NCBI GenBank assembly: GCA_965217775.1
Contig: CBDCJH010000002.1
Location: 1,472,001-1,536,000, forward strand
Direction of reading: 5' to 3'
Origin: Acidobacteriota bacterium
GTDB taxonomy: Bacteria; Acidobacteriota; UBA6911; RPQK01; JAJDTT01
DNA length: 64,000 nt
Shown: one piece after another, positions 55,823 to 64,000 of the stretch
Layout: each line of letters opens with the position of its first letter
Position numbering within the stretch: position 1 is the stretch's first letter
Program-made: the position numbers and the translations under genes
Notes under the pieces: model-generated
Told to the model about the DNA's origin: nothing
Seen by the model: only the letters and a program-made list of their open reading frames with translations
Databases searched by the model: none

Positions 55823-58800
55823 TTACTGGGCCAAAGGCACCACGGGCAGCGTTGTGAAAATCCGCTTACCGGCATCCATCTCCAAGACCACTCCGCTGAA
55901 CGTTCCTCCATCAGGGGCCGCACAGTGCACGGAGCCTGTGAAATCGGACGTGTCGGTCTGCTTGAAGATCTGGTCGATGAAACCGGCGATCTGGCCGTTG
56001 GGCTCCATATCGATGTCCTCCTGGGCCAACATCCTGCCTTTCTGCAGCAGACTGCAGGTGACCGTCATCGCCTCCGCTTCCAGGTTGTGGATTGCCACAC
56101 CGGTATTGATCCCGTCCTTTTGGCGACGGGCCGGGAAGACGGCGGCCGTGACTGGTGCACTGGCCCCGACACCGGCTACTCCCACGTCCGGGATGTCGAA
56201 GCGCAGGACTCCGCCGATGGGTGCATCCGCTACCACTCTCACCGATCCGGTCTTCAACTCGCCCTCCCCGGTCGTTGTAATCGTCAGCTCGCCCAGCGGT
56301 TGGATCTCCTTCTCGAGGGCAACGGCTCCGCCGTCTGCGACTTCCAGATCATCCGCCCCATCCACCACCGATCCGGCGTCAACGGGATTGCCGTCCGGAT
56401 CGAAAAAGTAGATGGCGGTGCGGACCGCATTGGTCCCCACATTCACCAACACTAAGTCGGAGGCGTTGGAAGCCCCATTGGCAAAGTGGGCAAAGTCCAG
56501 AGTCAGTTCCGGACCTCCGACCGCCGCCGCGTTCAAGGGCACCACGGGCAAGGTAGTGAAGATCCGGGCAGCGGCATCCATCTCCAGAGCCACACCAGTG
56601 AACATTCCGTTCTCAGGAGCGGTGCAGTGCACCGAGCCCGTGAAGTTGGTGGTGTCGGTTTCTTCAAACAGCTCGTGGATGAAAACAGCCTCCTGTCCGT
56701 CTCCTTCCAACGTGATCCGCGCCGTGTCTCGCACGGCGCCGCCCTGCCTCAAGTGGCACGTCACCACGATCGGCTTCTCTCCCCAGTTGCGGATGGCGGC
56801 GCCAGTGTTGATCCCTGACAACCGGCGCCGAGCCGGAAAAATGGCGTCTCGGACGGGTTGGCTGGCTCCCACCCCGGCTACCCCAATGTCCGGGTGGTCA
56901 AAGCGCAGAACCCCGCCGATGGGACCGTTGGAGATCACTCTCACGGACCCGGTCGCCAGCTCCCCTCGGCCGTGGGTCGAAATCGTGAGTTCTCCCAGGA
57001 ATTCCAGCTGCGACCGGATGCCCAGACTTCCATCCTCCCCGAACACCAGACCATCCGTATTCTCGACCACCGATCTCGCCGCAATCGGATCTCCCTGTTT
57101 ATCGTAAAAGTGGAGGGTAGGCTGGATCGGATAGTCAGCCACATTCACCAACACCAAGTCAGAGGTGATGGAAGCCCCATTGGCAAAATGCGCAAAGTCC
57201 AGAGCCCATCGAAGTTCCTCGTAATGCACGTTAACCCCTCGACTATGGAGGAAAGGGATGTGCGTATTGATGGAGCGGGCGCTAAGAGGATTTTCCCAGA
57301 CCACAAGTTCGCCCAAATGGGTCAATTGTGCCAGGGGAAAGAGATCCGACACCGAATTCTCCCCAAGAGCCAAATATTGCAAGTCGGTCAAACCCGCCAG
57401 AGGGGAGAGATCCGAAATGCTGTTGTCGTAAAGCTCCAGGTGTTCTAGGACGGTCAGGCCCACCAGGGGGGAGAGATCCGACACCGAATTCCCCCCAAGA
57501 GCCAAAGAACTCAGGTTGGTCATTCCCGCCACGGGGGAAAGATCCGAAATGCTGTTGTCGTAAAGCTCCAACAGTTCCAGGATCGTCGATCCCGCCAGAG
57601 GTGTGATGTCGCGAATCTGATTCAGGCCCAGGGACAAACTCTTTAGATTAACGGCATGCTCGAGCCCGGTAAGGTCCGCAATCTGGCGAGCTGAGGCTCC
57701 CAGGTACCCCAATTTCAACATATCCAGTTGCGTTACGGCCTCCCCTGTTGCCAACCCGAGGGTTTCCCGCACCGCTGCGGCCAAATTCGCGTCCGGTATC
57801 GACACAATCTCGGGGGTAAGCAGAGCCGTGAGTTCGATTGGATATCGTTGCTCCGTGACATTTCCGTACCCATCGACAACGCGGAGCGTCACCGCATTTC
57901 CGGGGGCATCTGTCACTTCAGATGTGACAAATTCAACGGGGGCGCTTTCGCCATTTGTCGTTTGACAATCAATTGCTTCGCCGGTGCTGTTTTGCAGCTG
58001 CGCTTGATGGAGGCCGTCGGAATCGGTTACCTCGAAGCGGAGGCGGATCGAGTGCGGTGGAACTGGGAGCGGCGAGAGCATCCGAATCGTGGTTGGTTCG
58101 TCTGCATCGGGATAGGTGCGGCCAATATTGAAGTAACGATGGCCATCCAACCATTCGGCGGCACACAATGATGTGACCATCCAGTCGGTATGGTACGAAG
58201 ATGGGGTGCGCGTGGCATTTCTGAGGTGATCATGCGCCAATCCAAAGGCGTGGCCGAGCTCATGGGCAGTAACTGCAACATTGAAACAGCTCCAGCCACG
58301 TTCCCGTTGGAGGACACGGTTGGGAGCGGGCACAAGTACCGCTCCGCCTTCGGGTCCAAGGGATGCGCCTTGCCCGCAATAACCGTCGACGGTTGCGGTA
58401 CTTACATCGAGCAGGACGAGGTAGACATTCCTCGACCGGTCAAACTGTTCAGCCACTTCCGTCCAGATGACTTTGCCGAAAGCGTCCGTGTGATAGTACG
58501 CATCGTCGAACTTCCCCTTCACATGATGAACCACAGCCTTACCGATGGCATCAGTTTCATACCTGAAGGTTCTTCTGCCGAACCCATGGTTTTCCAGTTG
58601 CTCCGCGTATGATTGCTGTACGTCTTTTATCAGTGCATCCAGAATTCGGTCTATGAATGGCTCTGGTTGGCGATCACGTGGGAGAAAGTAGATCAACCGA
58701 ACTGTGCGGGGTTCGCCGACGTCCAAATTTGCCTGCCGCGTGAGGGCACTAGGAGGGCGATCATGCTCCCACTTAAGGAGGTCGACTGGCGAGCAGATAG

Positions 58801-58903
58801 GGACCTTATCGGCCGGCGAGGGCGAAGCATGGACAAACGACAGCGGAAAAAGCAATAGACTGATCAAGGTGGATGGAACCACAATTAAAATGGAGGTGTT
58901 CAT
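55823..58903 (-). CDS. Secreted zinc metallopeptidase + internalin-like LRR + two repeated C-terminal domains
   Basis: TAHELGHAFGLAH (HExxHxxGxxH); 22-aa LRRs (L.L.DNSISDLSPL.GLT); duplicated LDFAHFANGAS...IFTTLPVVPL domain. Confidence 0.88.
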   Translation of the reverse strand: MNTSILIVVPSTLISLLLFPLSFVHASPSPADKVPICSPVDLLKWEHDRPPSALTRQANLDVGEPRTVRLIYFLPRDRQPEPFIDRILDALIKDVQQSYAEQLENHGFGRRTFRYETDAIGKAVVHHVKGKFDDAYYHTDAFGKVIWTEVAEQFDRSRNVYLVLLDVSTATVDGYCGQGASLGPEGGAVLVPAPNRVLQRERGWSCFNVAVTAHELGHAFGLAHDHLRNATRTPSSYHTDWMVTSLCAAEWLDGHRYFNIGRTYPDADEPTTIRMLSPLPVPPHSIRLRFEVTDSDGLHQAQLQNSTGEAIDCQTTNGESAPVEFVTSEVTDAPGNAVTLRVVDGYGNVTEQRYPIELTALLTPEIVSIPDANLAAAVRETLGLATGEAVTQLDMLKLGYLGASARQIADLTGLEHAVNLKSLSLGLNQIRDITPLAGSTILELLELYDNSISDLSPVAGMTNLSSLALGGNSVSDLSPLVGLTVLEHLELYDNSISDLSPLAGLTDLQYLALGENSVSDLFPLAQLTHLGELVVWENPLSARSINTHIPFLHSRGVNVHYEELRWALDFAHFANGASITSDLVLVNVADYPIQPTLHFYDKQGDPIAARSVVENTDGLVFGEDGSLGIRSQLEFLGELTISTHGRGELATGSVRVISNGPIGGVLRFDHPDIGVAGVGASQPVRDAIFPARRRLSGINTGAAIRNWGEKPIVVTCHLRQGGAVRDTARITLEGDGQEAVFIHELFEETDTTNFTGSVHCTAPENGMFTGVALEMDAAARIFTTLPVVPLNAAAVGGPELTLDFAHFANGASNASDLVLVNVGTNAVRTAIYFFDPDGNPVDAGSVVDGADDLEVADGGAVALEKEIQPLGELTITTTGEGELKTGSVRVVADAPIGGVLRFDIPDVGVAGVGASAPVTAAVFPARRQKDGINTGVAIHNLEAEAMTVTCSLLQKGRMLAQEDIDMEPNGQIAGFIDQIFKQTDTSDFTGSVHCAAPDGGTFSGVVLEMDAGKRIFTTLPVVPLAQ

Positions 58904-59350
58904 GTTTTCACCTGTTGATCGCAACTGCCAGAGTCGTCGCGACGGAATCTAATCCCGTCCCGTTGGGCCGCGCGCTTCCTGCTCGCGTACTGACCCGCAG
59001 AGCCTCGCCGCCCAAGATTCAAATCGGCTCCCGATTCGTCTGCCGCCCGTCGGAAAACACAGGGAAACCAGAAGATCTCTTGAACTGTGGCTCTATACTA
59101 CTCGCAAAGCGCTCCCAAAGCGGGTCAATTTCCCATTGGCGTTGTTAGAACGGGAGAAGGGAACAGTCACCTCCTCTCTTCTGCGCGTGCTCGGTGCGGA
59201 GCCCGGACGAACTCAGCGACTGGCTGTCCGCAGAAGAAGTTCGTAGAGAAGAATAGCACCCGCGGGATTGCCCCGAACTCCGAGCCCAACCGCAGCGCTG
59301 GTATGAGAGCCGGATTGCGGCGGGCCGAACCTCCTCGCGGATGCGGGCGC

Positions 59351-60652
59351 CTAAACCGTCGAGTCCAGGCCCCGGGCGAGCGCCACTTCGCGGGCGCTGG
59401 GGTTCACGGAGGGGCGGAAGGGAACCTCGCACACCCGTGCGCGGTCCGGTCGGCCCGGCTCGCTCGCGTATTCGTCGGGCAACCACACCGTGAGCTCCGT
59501 GCCGACGGCCGACTTCCCGGCGGGCACGTGCCCGAGCGCTATGTTGCAGCCCAGCTCGGGGGAGTGCCACGGCGACGTGAGGTAGCCGATCGGGTCGCCG
59601 CCGTCCGCGTCCGACACGAGCCAGAAGTCCGGAGCATAGTCGTCAATGGGGTTTCCGCCCAGCGTCATCCCGATCATGACCATCGCGAACGGACAACGCC
59701 CGGCGTCGAGCTCGGCGCGCTGGCGCTCCAGCACGGCCCGCCCGATGTAGTCTCCCGCCTTCTCGCGCGGCACCTGGTAGGCCAAGTTGCACTGGAACGG
59801 ACTCGTCTCGTGGTCGATGTCCTGTCCCCACGACAGGATCCCGGCCTGGATCCTGCGCTGGTGGCCCGGCGCGATGACCATCAACTGGTGCCTGTCCCCC
59901 GCGTCAAGCACCGCGCGCCACAGCTTCTCGGCGTGCAGGGTGGCGTCCCGAAGATAGATCTCGTACCCCTTCTCGCCCGAGAACCCGGACTGGGAGACCA
60001 CCACGGAACAGCCCGCGATCTGAGCCTCCATGAGCCCGTAGTAGGGGATGTCCCGGACGCCCGCGCCCACCAGGTCGGTCATGAGGTCGAGCGACTTCGG
60101 CCCCTGGATCTGCAACGGACAGACGTCGATCTCGTCGATCTCCACCTCCATCCGAAGCCCGATGTTCACGCCCTGGAGCCAGAACAGGACGTCGGAGTCG
60201 GCAAGCGAGAACCAGAACTCGTCCCTGGAGAGCCGCAGCAGCACCGGGTCGTTGAGGATGCCGCCCTTCTCGTTGCAGAGGATGACGTACTTCGCGTGCA
60301 TCGGCTCGATGCGCGTAGCGTCCCGGGTGATCACGTAGTCGGTGAACCGTTCCGCATCCGGTCCCCTGACCCGGATCTGCCGCTCCACCGCGACGTTCCA
60401 CAGCGTGACGTCCCGGGTCAGCGCTTCGTGCTCTGCCGCCGCGCCGCCGTCCTCGGGCCGCACGTAGCCGCGGGGGTGGTAGATGCGGTTGTACACGGTG
60501 GCCCGCCAGCAGCCCGCTTCATGCGACAGATGCCAATACGGAGACTTCCGGACCCGGGTGGAAATGAGCAGCTCGGTCGGTGTACGGCCGCTCTGGCGAA
60601 GGTTGATCGGGACGATCCTGTCGGACTGGTCCACGCTGATCGGTTGATGCAT
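59351..60652 (-). CDS. GcvT-family aminomethyltransferase / DmdA-like demethylase
   Basis: RVRKSPYW...TVYN, LWNVAVERQI, GGILNDPVLLRL, QIQGPKS, SGFSGEKGYEIY, RRIQAGILSWG. Confidence 0.88.
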   Translation of the reverse strand: MHQPISVDQSDRIVPINLRQSGRTPTELLISTRVRKSPYWHLSHEAGCWRATVYNRIYHPRGYVRPEDGGAAAEHEALTRDVTLWNVAVERQIRVRGPDAERFTDYVITRDATRIEPMHAKYVILCNEKGGILNDPVLLRLSRDEFWFSLADSDVLFWLQGVNIGLRMEVEIDEIDVCPLQIQGPKSLDLMTDLVGAGVRDIPYYGLMEAQIAGCSVVVSQSGFSGEKGYEIYLRDATLHAEKLWRAVLDAGDRHQLMVIAPGHQRRIQAGILSWGQDIDHETSPFQCNLAYQVPREKAGDYIGRAVLERQRAELDAGRCPFAMVMIGMTLGGNPIDDYAPDFWLVSDADGGDPIGYLTSPWHSPELGCNIALGHVPAGKSAVGTELTVWLPDEYASEPGRPDRARVCEVPFRPSVNPSAREVALARGLDSTV

Positions 60653-60883
60653 GGTCGATCCCCTCAATCCATTGTGACCGGCCCGGAGCATGCGCTACCG
60701 CAACGGCTCCGGGCATCCGTGCGTTGAGCCCCCAGAGGACGTGAACTTTTCCGAGCATTAGGTGCGCTTTTCCTCCGTGTGTCAAGCACCGGGCCCGGGC
60801 CGGCGCCCTTGACAAAGCCCTGCGCTTTCAAGCACGCTGCAACGCAAGAAACCCTGTTCGGGAGAGTGACAAGCATGCGCAAT

Positions 60884-61471
60884 ATGGCAACGTCGAGCGG
60901 TACTACGGTGAGCTTCACCAGTATGGCGGACGGCACCCGCGAGGACTACGAGCTGCTCGGGCGCCATGAGGAGGAGTTCGCCGCCGGCACCGCCGACCGA
61001 GTGTTGGCGTATCTTCGCGAGTTGTCCGGTTCGCTCGCCGGCTACCAGGTCGACCGGCTGGAGCATTCTCTGCAGACCGCGACCCGCGCCTATCGCGACG
61101 ACGCGGAAGAGGAGCTGGTGGTGGCGGCGCTCCTGCACGACATCGACGACATGCTGGCCCCGCACAGCCACGGCGAGCTGTCCGCGCTGCTGCTGCGCCC
61201 GTACGTGACCGAGCGAACGTACTGGATCGTCCAGCACCACGGCCTGTTCCAGTACTACTACTACGCCCACCACGTGGGCGGCGACCGCAATGCGCGCGAC
61301 AAGTATCGCGACCATCCCTGGTATCGGGACGCCGTGGACTTCTGTCACCGCTGGGACCAGTGCGCGTTCGATCCCGACTACGATTCGCTGCCGCTGGAGT
61401 TCTTCGAGCCGATTGTGCGCCGTGTGTTCGCGCGCGAACCGTTCAGTCTGGCGCCGAGGGAGCATTCCTGA
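60884..61471 (+). CDS. HD-domain protein (PhnZ/TmpB-like phosphohydrolase or oxygenase)
   Basis: RLEHSLQTATRA, AALLHDI, HGE, HHGLFQ, WDQCAFDP. Confidence 0.85.
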   Translation: MATSSGTTVSFTSMADGTREDYELLGRHEEEFAAGTADRVLAYLRELSGSLAGYQVDRLEHSLQTATRAYRDDAEEELVVAALLHDIDDMLAPHSHGELSALLLRPYVTERTYWIVQHHGLFQYYYYAHHVGGDRNARDKYRDHPWYRDAVDFCHRWDQCAFDPDYDSLPLEFFEPIVRRVFAREPFSLAPREHS

Positions 61472-61511
61472 CCGTGGAGCACGAGGATTCCGGTGATGGG
61501 CTTCTGGCCCA

Positions 61512-62303
61512 TCAGTGCCCGGCAATGACGTCCTGAAGCTGCTTGCCCTTTTCCTTCCAGAACGAGTAGAGGATCCCCAGGTCGCCGCCGAGAATGAAAT
61601 GGCGCACGCCCATGTCCAGGTAGGGACGGGCGTCCTCGGGTGAATGGATTCCCACCTTCGGATGAACCCCCATCTTCAGGGAGGTTCGGATCACCCGGTT
61701 CCGGGCCGCGGTGATCTCGGGGTCGTCCCACTGGCCCGGCTTGCCGATGTTCAAGGAGAAATCGGCAGCGCCGAACTGGACCATGTCGATTCCCCCCACG
61801 TCCAGGATCGCCTCCAGGTTGTCCACGGCGGACTTCTTCTCGATCATGAGGGCCACGACCGAGTTCTCCAGAATGTTCACGTAGGTGTCCGGACCGTCCA
61901 GGAAGTACCGGGCCACGCGCCGGTCTCCATAGCCCTGATGCCCCACCGATCCCGGGGTCTCGGGTTTCATGGCGGCGACGCATTGCCGGGCTTCCTCGGG
62001 AGTGCGGACGTCGGCGAAGAGGACGTTCTGGATGCCGGCCCCGATCGCCCGGGCGGCCATGAAGGTCCTGGGCTCCTGGTCGATCTTGATCATGGCGGAC
62101 AGATGGGGGAACAGCTCCGTGACGCGGGCGAAGTGGTCCATCCAATGCAGGTCGTAGGGGACGTACTCGGCCTCGAATTCGACGTAGTCGAAGGTTCCGG
62201 CGTGTCCCAGCATCTCCACCACGTCGGGTGAAGAGGTGTAGATGTTGGTGGACACCGTGGTCTCACCGGCGTCGAGCTTCTGGCGCAGTCGGTTGGGTTT
62301 CAT
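61512..62303 (-). CDS. HpcH/HpaI aldolase/citrate lyase family protein
   Basis: FDYVEFEAEY, ALMIE, IDMVQFGAADFS; AGGAG RBS before MKPNRL. Confidence 0.88.
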   Translation of the reverse strand: MKPNRLRQKLDAGETTVSTNIYTSSPDVVEMLGHAGTFDYVEFEAEYVPYDLHWMDHFARVTELFPHLSAMIKIDQEPRTFMAARAIGAGIQNVLFADVRTPEEARQCVAAMKPETPGSVGHQGYGDRRVARYFLDGPDTYVNILENSVVALMIEKKSAVDNLEAILDVGGIDMVQFGAADFSLNIGKPGQWDDPEITAARNRVIRTSLKMGVHPKVGIHSPEDARPYLDMGVRHFILGGDLGILYSFWKEKGKQLQDVIAGH

Positions 62304-62388
62304 TCTGTCTCCTTTTCTGGCGGCAAGGATGACAGAACAATCTGTCATTATGGTTCCCGCTCTCCGACAGACTGGACAGGAACAGACC

Positions 62389-63441
62389 ATGCCTTCCGCA
62401 CCTCTCCGTGGCCGCGGCGCCGCCGAGAATCCGGCCAATCGTTTCGAGTCGATCCACTACGTTCCCGACCCGGAAGGCGAAGAGACTCACCCGGATACCC
62501 GTCTCTACAGGGACACCAGCCGGACCATCCTGGCCCGGAACCAGAGCCCGGACGTCGGTTTCGAATTCAGCATCAACCCCTACCGGGGCTGCGAGCATGG
62601 CTGCAGCTACTGTTACGCCCGCCCCTACCACGAATATCTGGGGCTCTCGGCGGGACTGGATTTCGAGACCCGGATCCTGGTCAAGGAGGACGCCCCCCAG
62701 TTGCTGCGGCAGGAACTCCTGTCCCCCAAATGGGAACCGCAGACTATCGCCATCAGCGGCGTCACCGACGCCTATCAGCCCGCGGAACGCCGGTTGGGCA
62801 TCACCCGGGCCTGTCTGGAGGTCCTGGTGGAGTTCGCCAATCCTGCGGCCGTCGTCACCAAGAACTACCTGGTGACCCGGGATGCCGACCTGCTCTCGGA
62901 ACTGGCGGAAAAGGACGCGGCTTCGGTGAATCTCTCCATCACCACGCTGGATCCCAAGCTTCAGAGATCGATGGAGCCTCGGGCCTCCACCCCGTCGGCA
63001 CGGTTGGCGGCCGTTCGAGAACTCTCCGAGCAGGGAATTCCGGTCCGGGTGATGGTGGGTCCCGTCATCCCCGGTCTCACCGACCATGAGATTCCCTCGA
63101 TTCTGAAGGCGGCCTCCGAGGCGGGGGCCATCGCGGCCGCCTACATCCTGCTGCGGCTCCCATACGGCGTGAAGGAAATCTTCGAGGCCTGGCTGGAACG
63201 CTGCTACCCGGAAAGGAAGCAGCGGGTCCTGAACCGGGTCCGGGAAACACGGGGCGGAAGTCTCTACTCCTCCGAGTTTCACGAGCGCATGAAGGGCACC
63301 GGCGTCTACGCCCGCCAGATCGGCGAGCTGTTTCAGGTCAGTTGCCGCCGCCTGGGGCTGAACCGTCAGTCCATGGCCCTTTCGGCCGCCGCCTTTCGCC
63401 GCCCTGGAGAGAAGCGGCAGTTGGACCTGTTTGCCGGTTAG
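62389..63441 (+). CDS. PA0069-family radical SAM protein (SPL-like)
   Basis: RGRGA..NP.NRF, SINPYRGCEHGCSYCYARP, TDAYQP, C-terminal QLDLF. Confidence 0.93.
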   Translation: MPSAPLRGRGAAENPANRFESIHYVPDPEGEETHPDTRLYRDTSRTILARNQSPDVGFEFSINPYRGCEHGCSYCYARPYHEYLGLSAGLDFETRILVKEDAPQLLRQELLSPKWEPQTIAISGVTDAYQPAERRLGITRACLEVLVEFANPAAVVTKNYLVTRDADLLSELAEKDAASVNLSITTLDPKLQRSMEPRASTPSARLAAVRELSEQGIPVRVMVGPVIPGLTDHEIPSILKAASEAGAIAAAYILLRLPYGVKEIFEAWLERCYPERKQRVLNRVRETRGGSLYSSEFHERMKGTGVYARQIGELFQVSCRRLGLNRQSMALSAAAFRRPGEKRQLDLFAG

Positions 63442-63599
63442 AAAAAGTCGGACAGTGTGACAAAATAGTCGGTCAGAGAATGGGGCGAGCAGATTTCCTG
63501 GTGTTACTCGCGGGTAAATCGACGCAAACCACCGAATGAGGCTTGGTCAGTCCCGCGCTGATCCGCCACTGCCGTGACCAGAAACGAACGTCACGAGCA

Positions 63600-63869
63600 T
63601 CAATCGGGGTCCTTCGCCACTTTGCGGCGACTGCGTGTTTCTCTCTTCGCACGGATAAACTCCGCGACATCCATGGTTGTTCGAGCGGCGCCATGATGGA
63701 CCAGGAGGCCTTTCTTGCGTATCAGCGACGGCGCGCCGCCGACCTTACGTAACGTCAGGCCCTCCGCAGTCGCTTCAATCTCCAACTCTGTCCCAGCCAC
63801 CAGATCCAAGTGATCGCGGAGCGGTTTCGGCACCACCACTCTCCCGTTCCGGTCAATAGTAGTAATCAC
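63600..63869 (-). CDS. AbrB/MazE/SpoVT-family DNA-binding protein (VapB-like antitoxin)
   Basis: TTIDRNGRVVVPKPLRDHLDL..GTELEI. Confidence 0.85.
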   Translation of the reverse strand: MITTIDRNGRVVVPKPLRDHLDLVAGTELEIEATAEGLTLRKVGGAPSLIRKKGLLVHHGAARTTMDVAEFIRAKRETRSRRKVAKDPD

Positions 63870-64000
63870 GGCATCATGGTGTGAATAATGGCGCTCCTCG
63901 TCAAGGTGTCCCGGAAAGGAAGCGGCCGGCTCCGTCGGGGAAACGCCGGTGACCCCCGGGAATGACGAGTTCTCCCAAAGGTCGGCTCAATCCAGGGAGA

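Larger units (their letters stand above)
49862..59176. repeat. Eight copies of the 23-bp palindrome GAGAAGGGGACAGTCACCTTCTC (family A)
   Basis: Copies at 49862 (degenerate), 51854, 53258, 53745, 54371, 54807, 55327 and 59154, all intergenic. Confidence 0.88.

Noticed and set aside
57340-57600. DNA tandem repeats
   Set aside because: Explained by the leucine-rich-repeat coding units of the 55823-58903 gene.
49862-59176. Classical integron with attC sites
   Set aside because: No intI in the window; the palindromes are 23 bp and lack the RYYYAAC/GTTRRRY box architecture; gene orientations are mixed.

Overview
GC-rich bacterial window. The gene content (Acidobacteria-type TonB-dependent receptor, DUF1549/DUF1553/DUF1501 planctomycete-type cytochrome proteins, CRTAC1, NHL, LRR, TPR and PQQ repeat proteins) suggests an Acidobacteriota genome, possibly host- or sponge-associated; this is inference. 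The left two-thirds hold catabolic and envelope genes, a GntR-TBDR utilisation locus, a Fur-boxed porin/imelysin/di-heme iron-uptake operon and a solitary OLD-like ATPase-Toprim gene. The right third is a plastic region with two standout observations. (1) A 1244-bp element (42789-44032) carries only a TnpB with an intact-looking RuvC triad, yet is bounded by 22-bp terminal inverted repeats (20/22 match) and a perfect 8-bp target-site duplication inside a cytochrome P450 gene. These are IS1595/ISNwi-type DDE ends, not IS200/IS605 or IS607 ends. (2) A 23-bp imperfect palindrome (GAGAAGGGGACAGTCACCTTCTC) recurs eight times between 49.8 and 59.2 kb and divides the DNA into cassette-like units, several of which are diverged copies of nearby gene ends. 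No rRNA, tRNA or CRISPR array was recognised.
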